Shown here piece by piece: positions 28,642 through 39,586 of a DNA stretch of 40,623 bases. Origin of the DNA: Asaia bogorensis (GTDB lineage: Bacteria > Pseudomonadota > Alphaproteobacteria > Rhodospirillales > CAMCUA01); NCBI GenBank assembly GCA_945878455.1, contig CAMCUA010000003.1:1-40623 (forward strand), in the 5' to 3' direction. The translations under genes were made by a program, and so were the position numbers. Positions within the stretch are counted from its first letter, which is position 1; each line of letters begins with the position of its first letter. Below the pieces are notes generated by a model. It was not told where the DNA came from. It worked only from the letters and a program-made list of their open reading frames with translations, and did not search any database.

Positions 28642-31581
28642 ATGGACGGCGACGGCGGCAGAATCGAAAGCGAGATCGTTCCCACCGGCCGACGGGTGGG
28701 CGACCAGGGTTTGGCGGCACGCCTGGCGCGCGAGATCGAGGGCGAGGTGCTGTTCGACGCCGCCAGCCGCGGCCGTTACAGCACCGATGCCTCGATCTAC
28801 CAGATCGAGCCCATCGGCGTGGTGGTGCCGAAGACGGCAGCCGACATCGAGGCGGCGGTGCGCATCGCCGCCGAGGAAGGTGTCCCTGTGCTGCCGCGCG
28901 GCGGCGGCACGTCGCAATGCGGGCAGACGGTTGGCGAGGCTGTCGTCATCGATTGTTCCAAGCATTTCAACCAAGTGCTTGAGCTGGACAAGGCCCGCGG
29001 CCGGGTCCAGGTGCGCCCCGGCATTGTGCTTGATCAGCTCAATCGCTACCTCAAGCCGCACGGCCTGTTCTTCCCCATCGATCCATCGACGGCCAGCCGT
29101 GCCACCATCGGCGGCATGGCCGGCAACAATTCCTGCGGCTCGCGCTCCATCCGCTACGGCAACATGGTGCACAACGTGCTGGCCATCGACGCCCTGATGG
29201 CCGACGGCCAGCATTGGCGCTTCGATCAGGTGCCGCAAGGCATCGACGGCGTTGCCGGCGCCCAGGGTTATCGCGATCTGGTCAGCCGGCTACGCGCCAT
29301 CGCCGGACGCGAGGCAGGCGAGATCGAAGCCCACTGGCCCCAGGTTCTGCGCAAGGTCGGCGGCTATAATATCGATACCATCTCGCCGCATGGCCACAAT
29401 ATGGCCCAGATGCTGGTCGGTTCGGAAGGCACGCTGGCCTTCTTTACCGCGCTCGACCTCAAACTGGCGCCGATCCCGAAGCATCGCACGTTGGGCGTCT
29501 GCCTGTTTCCCACCTTCCATTCGGCGATGGAGATCACGCGCCACATCGTCGAGCTGGACCCGGCGGCGGTCGAGGTGGTCGACCGCACGATGATCGACCT
29601 GGCCATGGAAATTCCGATGTTCCGCGCCACCATGCAGCGGGTGATCAAGGGCGAGCCCGAAGCCCTGCTGCTGGTCGAGTTCGCCGGCGACGATGCCGAT
29701 TTGCAGGTGCGCCGGCTGAAAGACTTGGACACCATGATGGCGGATCATGGTTTTCCCGACGCCACGGTCAGCATTATCGATCCGGCGTTTCAAGCTTCGG
29801 TCTGGGAGGTACGCGCCTCGGGCCTCAACATCATGATGTCGATGAAGGGCGACGGCAAACCGGTGTCCTTCATCGAGGATTGTGCCGTGCCGCTGGAGCA
29901 CCTGGCCGAATATACGGCGCGACTGACCGAGGTTTTCACCAAGCACGGCACCAAGGGCACCTGGTATGCGCACGCCTCGGTCGGCTGTCTGCATGTGCGC
30001 CCCATCCTCAACATGAAGGATCCGGAAGACGTGCGCAAAATGCGCGCCATCGCCGAGGAAGCCTTCGCCATGGTCAAGCAGTACAAGGGCTCGCATTCCG
30101 GCGAGCACGGCGACGGCATCGTACGCTCCGAATTCCACGAGATGATGTTCGGCCCGCGCCTGGTGCGCGCCCTGGAAGACATCAAGGACGCTTTCGATCC
30201 GCGCGGCCTGTTCAATCCGCATCGCGTCGTCCGCCCGCCGCGCATGGATGACCGTAGGCTATTTCGCTACCGCCCCGAGTATGCGGCCAAGCCGCTCGAG
30301 CCGGTACTCGATTGGACGCCCTGGGGCGGCCTGCTCGGCGCTGTCGAGATGTGCAACAACAACGGCAATTGCCGCAAGTCAGACGCCGCCGTGATGTGCC
30401 CGTCGTTCCGGGCAACCGGCGACGAAATTCACCTGACGCGCGGGCGGGCCAACACGCTGCGTCTGGCGCTGACCGGACAACTCGGCCCCGACACCATCGC
30501 TTCGGATGAGATGAAAGCGGCGATGGATCTCTGCGTCGGATGCAAGGGCTGCAAGCGCGAATGTCCGACCGGCGTGGACATGGCGCGCATGAAGATCGAA
30601 TTCCTGACGCATTATCGCCGCCGCCATCCGCATGGGCCGCGCGAGCGGCTGATCGCCGCGCTGCCGCGCTATGCGCCCTGGGCGAGCCGGCTGTCGTGGC
30701 TGATGAATCTGCGCAATCGCGTTCCGGCCTTGGCGTCCTTGAGCGAGACACTGTTCGGTCTGGCTGCCGGCCGACAATTGCCGGCTTGGCGCAACGATGC
30801 CTTTCGGGCCCGCGAATCGGCGGTGTGCGAGGCGGATGCCGACGTCGTGTTGTTCGCCGATACCTTCAACACCTGGTTCGAGCCGGAGAATGCGCGCGCC
30901 GCCTTGGCCGTGCTCAGCGCCGCCGGCTATCGGGTCCATATTGCCCAGGCCGGGCGTGGGCGGCGGCCGTTGTGCTGCGGGCGAACCTATCTTGCCGAAG
31001 GCATGATCGAAGAGGCGCGTGCCGAAGCCGAGAGGACGATAGCGGCTCTCGCCCCCTTCGTCGCGCGCGGCGTCCCCATTGTCGGGCTGGAGCCGTCCTG
31101 CCTGTTCACCTTCCGCGACGAATATCCGGCGCTGCTGCCGGGCGAGGCGACGACGCGGCTGGCGGCGACCTCCCTGCTGTTCGAGGAGTTCCTGATCCGC
31201 GAGCGCGATGCCGGGCGCCTCAAGCTCGACTTTACCGCAGCCGAGGAAAAGGTCCTGCTGCACGGCCATTGCCATCAAAAGGCCTTCGCCGTCATGGGCG
31301 CTGTCGAAGGCGCCCTAAAGCTGGCGCCGGGGACGCAGGTGGAGACCATCGCTTCGTCCTGCTGCGGCATGGCGGGCAGCTTTGGCTACGAAGCCGAGCA
31401 CGTCGAGGTCTCGCTGCGCATGGCGGAAGCCAATCTGCTGCCTGCAGTGCGGGCAGCGACAGCAGCAACCGTCATTGTCGCCGACGGCACCAGTTGCCGC
31501 CACCAGATCGCCGACGGTACCGACCGCCAGGCCATTCACGTCGCGCGTTATCTGGCCGGACGGCTGGTGTCAGCCCCATGA
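28642..31581 (+). CDS. FAD-binding and 4Fe-4S oxidoreductase (GlcD/GlpC-type fusion)
   Basis: PRGGGTSQCGQ, GSEGTL, SGEHGDG, CNNNGNC, CVGCKGCKRECP, two CCG motifs, SCRHQI. Start 28642 (alternative 28603). Confidence 0.92.
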   Translation: MDGDGGRIESEIVPTGRRVGDQGLAARLAREIEGEVLFDAASRGRYSTDASIYQIEPIGVVVPKTAADIEAAVRIAAEEGVPVLPRGGGTSQCGQTVGEAVVIDCSKHFNQVLELDKARGRVQVRPGIVLDQLNRYLKPHGLFFPIDPSTASRATIGGMAGNNSCGSRSIRYGNMVHNVLAIDALMADGQHWRFDQVPQGIDGVAGAQGYRDLVSRLRAIAGREAGEIEAHWPQVLRKVGGYNIDTISPHGHNMAQMLVGSEGTLAFFTALDLKLAPIPKHRTLGVCLFPTFHSAMEITRHIVELDPAAVEVVDRTMIDLAMEIPMFRATMQRVIKGEPEALLLVEFAGDDADLQVRRLKDLDTMMADHGFPDATVSIIDPAFQASVWEVRASGLNIMMSMKGDGKPVSFIEDCAVPLEHLAEYTARLTEVFTKHGTKGTWYAHASVGCLHVRPILNMKDPEDVRKMRAIAEEAFAMVKQYKGSHSGEHGDGIVRSEFHEMMFGPRLVRALEDIKDAFDPRGLFNPHRVVRPPRMDDRRLFRYRPEYAAKPLEPVLDWTPWGGLLGAVEMCNNNGNCRKSDAAVMCPSFRATGDEIHLTRGRANTLRLALTGQLGPDTIASDEMKAAMDLCVGCKGCKRECPTGVDMARMKIEFLTHYRRRHPHGPRERLIAALPRYAPWASRLSWLMNLRNRVPALASLSETLFGLAAGRQLPAWRNDAFRARESAVCEADADVVLFADTFNTWFEPENARAALAVLSAAGYRVHIAQAGRGRRPLCCGRTYLAEGMIEEARAEAERTIAALAPFVARGVPIVGLEPSCLFTFRDEYPALLPGEATTRLAATSLLFEEFLIRERDAGRLKLDFTAAEEKVLLHGHCHQKAFAVMGAVEGALKLAPGTQVETIASSCCGMAGSFGYEAEHVEVSLRMAEANLLPAVRAATAATVIVADGTSCRHQIADGTDRQAIHVARYLAGRLVSAP

Positions 31582-31624
31582 AACCGGTTGTCCCGCCAGC
31601 GCCTGCGGGGAGGCCGAGGGTTCC

Positions 31625-32326
31625 ATGAAACCGCCCAGCCGCCGCCTGTGGCTATGGCTGGCCGCTGCTGGCGTGCTCCTGTTCCTGTTGGTCATCCTGC
31701 TCTTGGACCGCTTCCCGGGAGCGCTCGCCGATCCATCGTCGCAGGTCGATCTGGTACAACGTCTGTTGATCCTGGTGTTTGTCGGTGGGGCCCTGATGTT
31801 GCGCATTCGGACGCGGCCGGGCCCGGCCCTGATGGCGGCCCTGGCCTGGATCGGCATCGGCCTCGTGCTGCTGTTGGCCTATACCTTCCGCGACGAGGCT
31901 GCCGCCGTCGGCCGCCGGCTGATAGCCGAACTAGTGCCGCGCGACGGCAGCGAACAAGGCGGGGCGATGACCTATCGCGCCGGGACCGACGGCCATTTCG
32001 CGGTCGAGGCGGAGGTGGAGGGGACGCGCGTCGAGTTCCTGGTCGATACCGGCGCCAGTCGCGTGGTGTTGAGCCCGCGCGACGCACGGCGCATTGGCTT
32101 CGATGTCGACAAGCTGGCCTTCACGCAGAGCTTCAACACGGCGAACGGCACGGTGCGGGGCGCCCCGGTCCGCCTGGAGCGGGTGCGCGTTGGCAGCATC
32201 GTCCTCGACGACGTCACGGCTTCGGTCAATGGCGCGGCGATGGAGCGTTCGCTGCTCGGCATGAGCTTTCTCAGCCGGCTGTCCGGCTATAGCGTCGAGA
32301 ACGGGGTTCTAACGTTCAAGCCTTAA
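31625..32326 (+). CDS. membrane-anchored clan AA aspartic protease (TIGR02281-like)
   Basis: Three hydrophobic helices followed by DGHF, FLVDTGAS, TANG, SLLGMSFL; SD GAGG before ATG 31625. Confidence 0.92.
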   Translation: MKPPSRRLWLWLAAAGVLLFLLVILLLDRFPGALADPSSQVDLVQRLLILVFVGGALMLRIRTRPGPALMAALAWIGIGLVLLLAYTFRDEAAAVGRRLIAELVPRDGSEQGGAMTYRAGTDGHFAVEAEVEGTRVEFLVDTGASRVVLSPRDARRIGFDVDKLAFTQSFNTANGTVRGAPVRLERVRVGSIVLDDVTASVNGAAMERSLLGMSFLSRLSGYSVENGVLTFKP

Positions 32327-33882
32327 GCCGGATCGCCGGCGAAGGCGGCTGCCGAGGGCGAATAGACATCGGCGCAACCCGCCACCCGCCCCGTCGCCGC
32401 ATCGCGGCCGATGGCCGAGGGCGAGGCGAACTGTTTGGGCAGCACCGTCCGTTCGACCACGTTCAGCTTGAAGCGCTGCTGAAGCGCTGCCATCGCATCG
32501 GCCGCCATGTGCAGATCGACCTGAACGTCGTCGCGTCCGGTGGCGTCGATGCGCGGCGCGTGCATGGCGGCTTCGACGTCGATGCCGTGATCGAGCATGA
32601 AGCCGGCGATGCAGAAGATCGCCGGCACGATGTGATTGGCGCCGGAGGCGCCGATGGTAAAGCGCACCTGGCCATCGACAGTGGCGATGGTCGGACACAT
32701 GTTGCTGGTCATCACCCGGCCACCGCCGACCATGGAATCGGGCAGGCCGGGGCGCGGATCGAAATAGGACAGGCCGTTGTTCATCAGGATACCGGTACGC
32801 GGCAATACCACCTTGCTGCCGAAGCGGTTAAGCAGGGTATAGGTGATGGCCGCCGCATTGCCGTCGCGGTCGATGGCGTTGATATGGGTAGTCGAGGCGG
32901 CCGGCGCCGTTTCCGCGACCGGCGCCCGGCGTTGACGCCGAGCCGCGAAGGCTGAATTGAGACCGTCGGCGTAAGCGACATAGGTTTCCGGTCGAATGCC
33001 CGGTCCCGGTTTGAGGCGTTCGGCGACATGGCGGAAGGCCTCGATCAGACGTTCGCCGCCGCTGGTTATTCCGGCCGTGTGCAACACCGCGCCGCGATGG
33101 TTGCCGCGCATCGGTGCAAATACGTTGGCACGATAGCCGGCTAGGTCTTCGGCGGCGATAGCGCTGCCGCCGGCCTTGAGATCGGCGACCAGCAATTCTG
33201 CCGTTTCGCCTTCGTAAAAGTCGCGCGGGCCGCGTTCGGCCAGCCGACGGAGCGTCGCCGCCAGTTCCCGGCGCGGCAAGACGGTGCCGGGGCGCGGCGG
33301 GTGTCCCCCCGGCAGGAAAGCCGCCGTGGCGCCGGTATCGAGCGCCAATTCATCCGCGGCGAAGGCGATGTTCATCATGACGTGCCAATCGACCTGGAAG
33401 CCGGCCTCGGCCAGGTCGACGGCGGGCGCCAATACACGGTCCCATCCCAGCTTGCCGAATCGGGATTGGGCTTCGGCCAGACCAGCAACGGCACCGGGAA
33501 CAGAAATCGAGCCATAGCCGACGACATTGCAGTCGTCGATGCAGGCTGGATAGCCCATCAGCACAGGTGGCGCATCCGGGTCCAAGGGGTAATTCCGTGG
33601 ATCGATGCCATGGGGGACGGCGCCTTGGAATTCGATGGCATGCTGGCTGGCGTCCGCCGCCCGGTGAACCACCATGAAGCCGCTGCCGCCCATGCCGCTC
33701 ATCCACGGCTCAACGGAGTTCAATGCCATGGCGGCGGCGACGGCAGCATCGACGGCGTTGCCGCCGGCGGTCAACATGGCAGCGCCGGCCTGAGCCGCCG
33801 CCCAATGCTGCGCCGTGACGACACCGTTAGCGCCGATGACGGCAGGCTTGCGCACCTGCCAGTATTCAACCCGGGAAACCAT
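32323..33882 (-). CDS. gamma-glutamyltransferase family protein
   Basis: GGNAVDAAVA, EPWMSGMGGSG, VPGAVAG, DFYEG, STTHINAID (Thr nucleophile), FGSKV..TGILMNNG; SD GGAGG before ATG 33882. Divergent from canonical ggt. Confidence 0.9.
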   Translation of the reverse strand: MVSRVEYWQVRKPAVIGANGVVTAQHWAAAQAGAAMLTAGGNAVDAAVAAAMALNSVEPWMSGMGGSGFMVVHRAADASQHAIEFQGAVPHGIDPRNYPLDPDAPPVLMGYPACIDDCNVVGYGSISVPGAVAGLAEAQSRFGKLGWDRVLAPAVDLAEAGFQVDWHVMMNIAFAADELALDTGATAAFLPGGHPPRPGTVLPRRELAATLRRLAERGPRDFYEGETAELLVADLKAGGSAIAAEDLAGYRANVFAPMRGNHRGAVLHTAGITSGGERLIEAFRHVAERLKPGPGIRPETYVAYADGLNSAFAARRQRRAPVAETAPAASTTHINAIDRDGNAAAITYTLLNRFGSKVVLPRTGILMNNGLSYFDPRPGLPDSMVGGGRVMTSNMCPTIATVDGQVRFTIGASGANHIVPAIFCIAGFMLDHGIDVEAAMHAPRIDATGRDDVQVDLHMAADAMAALQQRFKLNVVERTVLPKQFASPSAIGRDAATGRVAGCADVYSPSAAAFAGDPA

Positions 33883-34052
33883 CGGCAGCGCCCTCCACAG
33901 AACGGCGAACGAGGTGGCAGCACGGCACCATGGGCCGGCCACCCAGCCCGTTAAGTACCGCCAGTCGGCAGGAAAGCAAAGCATCGCAACCTCGGCAAAG
34001 GAGCGGCGGATCGGCTAACATGCGTTTGGCCAAGCTGTGGAGAAGCGATGGG

Positions 34053-34298
34053 ATGGATGACAATCGGCTTTTGGAACTGCGCAAGAACGTCAACCGGATC
34101 CTGCGCAACAATCAAATTCTCCCCGAAGACGCAAGCAGGCTGCGCGATGCGCGCGTGCGCATGAAAGACGACGAAGCCTATATCGAACTTCTGGAAACGC
34201 TGCTCGCCTACCGACAACGGGTTGCCTTGCTAGAAGGCTTGGCCCGCGACCGGTCCTTTGACGGAATCGGCTGGGCACGACAGATTATTTTTGATTGA
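34053..34298 (+). CDS. small helical hypothetical protein
   Basis: Amphipathic helical ORF (LLELRKNVNRIL, YIELLETLLAYRQRVALLE); start ambiguous (34020 or 34053). Confidence 0.55.
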   Translation: MDDNRLLELRKNVNRILRNNQILPEDASRLRDARVRMKDDEAYIELLETLLAYRQRVALLEGLARDRSFDGIGWARQIIFD

Positions 34299-34335
34299 AC
34301 GCAATGGCTCGATGGAGCCAGGTGGAAGGAAAGCC

Positions 34336-34863
34336 ATGAACAATGCCTATCTTCCGGTCATCGGTATCGCCATCGTCGGGGTGGTGCTGTTTGCCCTGTT
34401 TTACGAACGCGGCCCGACCATCACTAAGGGCTACGAGGCGGGCGACGTAGCGCGGTCCGCCTGGGACTTCGCCGGCGCCCATGGGCCGGTGTTGGCCGTC
34501 ATCCATGGCAATCCCTTTGCCGGCGACGAACAGGCATTCCAGCGCAAGGTGTTGGACCTGCTGGACCGGGCCACCGCCCAGCGGGTCACCCGCTATACCA
34601 CCGACCCGGCCCAGGCGGTGCAGCCGAAGACGCGCGTCGTGCTGATTTTCGACGCGCCGGCCGGCGCTGACGGCAACGCCATCTGCGCCGGGCGCATCCC
34701 GGCAACGGCACCCGGCGACAAAGTGATGCTGCGCATGTTGCTGTGTTCGGAAGACCGCTTGTTATCCGACGTCGGCGGCCATATCGCCCGGGGCGAAGAC
34801 CTCGATCACCCCCGCTTCGCCGACCTGATAAGCCTGTCCTTACGGACATTGATCAACGCCTGA
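34336..34863 (+). CDS. hypothetical protein with N-terminal membrane anchor
   Basis: SD GAAGGA; TM LPVIGIAIVGVVLFALFY; soluble alpha/beta domain with two Cys; GC-rich third codon positions. Confidence 0.75.
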   Translation: MNNAYLPVIGIAIVGVVLFALFYERGPTITKGYEAGDVARSAWDFAGAHGPVLAVIHGNPFAGDEQAFQRKVLDLLDRATAQRVTRYTTDPAQAVQPKTRVVLIFDAPAGADGNAICAGRIPATAPGDKVMLRMLLCSEDRLLSDVGGHIARGEDLDHPRFADLISLSLRTLINA

Positions 34864-34966
34864 CGTCGCCCTGCCGCGCGGCATTCCCTTGGCCGCCGGC
34901 CGGCGGTATGGTGACGGATAGCGCCATCCGCATTTGGACAACAAGCAACGATCGGGAGGATCCACA

Positions 34967-35521
34967 ATGACCAGACTAGCCCCACCGAAACCTGAGGAAA
35001 TGACCGAGGCCCAACGCGCCGCCGCCGCCGAAATCTCCGCCGGCCCGCGCGGTGGGGTCAGCGGTCCCTTCGGCCTGCTGCTGCATTCGCCCGAGCTGTG
35101 CAACCACGTGCAGCGCATCGGCGCCTTCCTGCGCTTCAACGCCACCTTGCCCGATGACCAGCGCGAATTTGCCATCATCATGGTCGGGCGGCATTATACC
35201 TGCCAGTATGAATGGGTAGCGCATGTCCGCATCGCCCGCGACGCCAAGCTGCCGGAACACATCATCCAGGCGCTGGCGCATCGCAAGCGTCCGGATTTCA
35301 AGGGCGATGCCGACCTGGAGGCCATCTACGAGTTCGTCAACGCCCTGCTCAAGGGCGGCACCGTCGAACAGGGCCTTTACGACCGCACGATGAAGCGGTT
35401 CGGCAAGGAGAAGGTGTTCGAACTGGTCGGCATCTCCGGCTTCTATTCGATCATCTCGATGACGCTCAACACCTTCGACGTCGAGCCCAAGTTCAAGGAC
35501 GAACCTCTCCTGCCGGTGTGA
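34967..35521 (+). CDS. carboxymuconolactone decarboxylase (CMD/AhpD-like) family protein, copy 1
   Basis: MTEAQR, GPRG...GPF..LLHSPEL, G.FLRF, REFAI, YEWVAH, ELVG.SGFY; SD GGAGG. Confidence 0.9.
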   Translation: MTRLAPPKPEEMTEAQRAAAAEISAGPRGGVSGPFGLLLHSPELCNHVQRIGAFLRFNATLPDDQREFAIIMVGRHYTCQYEWVAHVRIARDAKLPEHIIQALAHRKRPDFKGDADLEAIYEFVNALLKGGTVEQGLYDRTMKRFGKEKVFELVGISGFYSIISMTLNTFDVEPKFKDEPLLPV

Positions 35522-35545
35522 CGGCGGCGGACGAAGGAGGTCGCC

Positions 35546-36130
35546 ATGACGCGATTGGCCGCCCCCAAGCCCGACGAGATGAATGCCGCGCAGCGGGCTG
35601 TCTACGACGAGGTCGTAGCCGGTCCGCGCGGCTACATCGATGGGCCGCTCGCCGAGCTGCTGCACATTCCAGAGCTATGCCGTCATGTGCAACGCATCGG
35701 CGCCTACGTGCGCTTCAACGGCCAGCTTCCGCCCATGCAACGAGAATTGGCGATGTGCATGGCGGCTCGCCACATCAGCTCGCAATACGTGTGGGTTGCC
35801 CATGCCCGCCAAGCGCGCATGGCCGAGTTGCCGGAAGACATCATCCAGGTGCTGATCGCCCGTCAGCGCCCGAATTTTCACGACGATGACGATCTAGAAT
35901 GCGTTTACGACTTCGTGCAGAACCTGCTTAGCGGCGGCGCCGTCGAGCAGAAGCTTTACGACCGTGCCTTGAAACGGTTTGGCCAACAGAAATTGATAGA
36001 ACTGGTCGCCATTACGGGGCAGTTCACGTTCATATCGATGGTCAGCAATGTCTTCGATCTCGAATCGCGCCACAAGGACACGGCCAAGCTGCCACCGGAC
36101 AGCGAACCGCGGAAGGACCCATTCCCATGA
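35546..36130 (+). CDS. CMD/AhpD-like family protein, copy 2
   Basis: Colinear paralog of copy 1 (GPRG, PELC.HVQRIGA, RELA, YVWVAH); SD AAGGAGG. Confidence 0.88.
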   Translation: MTRLAAPKPDEMNAAQRAVYDEVVAGPRGYIDGPLAELLHIPELCRHVQRIGAYVRFNGQLPPMQRELAMCMAARHISSQYVWVAHARQARMAELPEDIIQVLIARQRPNFHDDDDLECVYDFVQNLLSGGAVEQKLYDRALKRFGQQKLIELVAITGQFTFISMVSNVFDLESRHKDTAKLPPDSEPRKDPFP

Positions 36131-36681
36131 CCCGACTGGCAGGCCTCGACCCCGTTGACATGAACACCGCCCAGCGCGCCGTATACGACGAGATCGTCAA
36201 CGGCCCGCGTGGCGGCGTGCACGGCCCTATCGCCCAACTGCTGCATTGCCCGGAGTTGTGCAACCACGTGCAGCGCATTGGCGCCTTCTTGCGCTTTCAG
36301 GGCCTGTTGTCGCCGATGCAGCGGGAGCTGGCGATGAGCATCGTCGGGCGGCGCCATTCTTCGCAATACGTCTGGGTGGCGCATGTCCGCCATGCCCGCA
36401 CGGCGAAGCTGCCGGAAGATATCATCCAGGCGTTGATCGCGCGGCGCCGGCCGGACTTCCACGGCGACGCAGACCTGGAATGCATCTACGACGTTACCGA
36501 TGCCCTGCTCAAGGGCGGCGCCGTCGATCCCCAGATCTACGAGCGCGCGATGCAGCGCTTCGGCAAGGAGAAGGTGCTGGAGCTGGTCGCCGTCGCCGGG
36601 CAGTTCACGCTGCTGTCGATGGTCACCAATCTGTTCGCCATAGAACCGCGCCACAAGGACACGGCGCTACTGCCGGACTGA
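36127..36681 (+). CDS. CMD/AhpD-like family protein, copy 3
   Basis: Colinear paralog; ATGA overlap with copy 2; SD AAGGA. Confidence 0.88.
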   Translation: MTRLAGLDPVDMNTAQRAVYDEIVNGPRGGVHGPIAQLLHCPELCNHVQRIGAFLRFQGLLSPMQRELAMSIVGRRHSSQYVWVAHVRHARTAKLPEDIIQALIARRRPDFHGDADLECIYDVTDALLKGGAVDPQIYERAMQRFGKEKVLELVAVAGQFTLLSMVTNLFAIEPRHKDTALLPD

Positions 36682-36729
36682 CGAACCGCTTTGGTTGGAG
36701 CCGCAGGCCCGCACGGGCCGGGGTGTGCG

Positions 36730-37146
36730 TCAGTTCGAGGCGTGCGCCTGAACGGCCGCCAGCATGGCTTCGGCGGCGGCCAGGGCGGCGGCGGCATCCT
36801 GCTTTTCACCGTCGGTTTTCGCCGCTTCGCCGAGCTTGTGCGCTTCGGCCAGCCGGCTGTCAGCATCGGCGCGGGTCAGTTCTGAAAGTGGGGCGGCTTC
36901 TTCGGCCAGCAGCGTACAGCGTTCCGGCGTCACTTCGGCGAAGCCGCCGGCGACGAAGTAACGGGCGGTGACCTTGCCACCGTCGTGCAGATCGACCGTT
37001 CCTGGGCGAACCGTGGACAACAGCGGCGAATGGCCGGGCAATACGCCGAAGTCGCCATCGCCGCCCGGCACCACCACCATGTCGACGTTTTCCGTCGCCA
37101 GGAGGCGGGTGGGGGTCACCAACTCGAAAGGCACCTTGTCGGCCAT
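36730..37146 (-). CDS. atpC: F1 ATP synthase epsilon subunit
   Basis: FELVTP, VVVPG..GDFGVLPGH.P, GGFAEV, LAEEA; follows atpD. Confidence 0.97.
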   Translation of the reverse strand: MADKVPFELVTPTRLLATENVDMVVVPGGDGDFGVLPGHSPLLSTVRPGTVDLHDGGKVTARYFVAGGFAEVTPERCTLLAEEAAPLSELTRADADSRLAEAHKLGEAAKTDGEKQDAAAALAAAEAMLAAVQAHASN

Positions 37147-37180
37147 CGCCTGCTCTTCCGTTACGGGTTGCGAGAGACCG

Positions 37181-38608
<1,428 letters not shown>

Positions 38609-38649
38609 TCAGACTCCTCTGACCGGAACGGCCGGTTCGGTGCGGCAGC

Positions 38650-39549
38650 CTAGATAGCCTCGGCGCCGGAAATGATTTCGATAAGTTCCTTGGTGATCAT
38701 CGCCTGGCGCGTGCGGTTATAGACAAGCGTCAGCTTGCCCAGCATGTCGCCAGCATTGCGCGTCGCGTTATCCATGGCGCTCATCCGCGCCCCTTGTTCG
38801 GACGCGTAGCTTTCGAGCAGGGCACGGAAAACCTGAACCGACAGGTTGCGCGGCAGCAGCGCCTCGGTGATCTCTTCCTCAGAAGGCTCCATGATATAGG
38901 TCGCCCTTGGGCCGGCCGCAGCCTCGGCGGCCACCTGCGCCTCGGTCTTCTGCGGCACCGGGAAGGGGATCAACTGCTGGCCGGTCACTTCCTGACTGAT
39001 CACCGACTTGAAGCGGTTGTAGATCACGGTGCAGATGTCGAATTCGCCGGCATAGGCCATGTCGCGCAGCTTACCCGCGATTTCGCGAACCGCATCGAAC
39101 TGCACGCCGTTGCGCGTCAGATTTTCCACGCCGCCGACGACAGCGTCGCTGAACTGGCGGCGTAAAGCATCGCGCGCCTTGCGGCCAAGGAAGAACAGCT
39201 TCACCGTCTTGCCCTGCTGGCGCAGGGCAAAGACCCGGCGACGGGTTTCGCGCACGATGTTGCTGTTGAAGCCGCCGCAGAGGCCGCGGTCGGCAGATAC
39301 CACCACCAGCAGGTGGATATCGCTTTTGCCAGTTCCGGCCAGCAGCACCGGGGCGCCCTGCAGCGTCGGCATATTGGCGGTCAACGCGCCCAACATGCGT
39401 TCCATGCGTTCGGCATAGGGCCGGCCGGCTTCGGCCGCTTCCTGGGCACGGCGCAACTTTGCCGCGGCCACCATCTTCATGGCCGAGGTGATCTTCCGCG
39501 TCGATTTGACGCTGGCGATGCGGACGCGAAGGTCCTTGAGACTTGCCAT
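38650..39549 (-). CDS. atpG: F1 ATP synthase gamma subunit
   Basis: [54 protein letters not shown]. Confidence 0.99.
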   Translation of the reverse strand: MASLKDLRVRIASVKSTRKITSAMKMVAAAKLRRAQEAAEAGRPYAERMERMLGALTANMPTLQGAPVLLAGTGKSDIHLLVVVSADRGLCGGFNSNIVRETRRRVFALRQQGKTVKLFFLGRKARDALRRQFSDAVVGGVENLTRNGVQFDAVREIAGKLRDMAYAGEFDICTVIYNRFKSVISQEVTGQQLIPFPVPQKTEAQVAAEAAAGPRATYIMEPSEEEITEALLPRNLSVQVFRALLESYASEQGARMSAMDNATRNAGDMLGKLTLVYNRTRQAMITKELIEIISGAEAI

Positions 39550-39586
39550 GTGGCGCGCTTTCCGTGTCGGCCGGGGCCAGATCCGA

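Noticed and set aside
36706-36719. Terminator between CMD copy 3 and atpC
   Set aside because: Only a short GGCCCG/CGGGCC stem without a U-tract; too weak to call.
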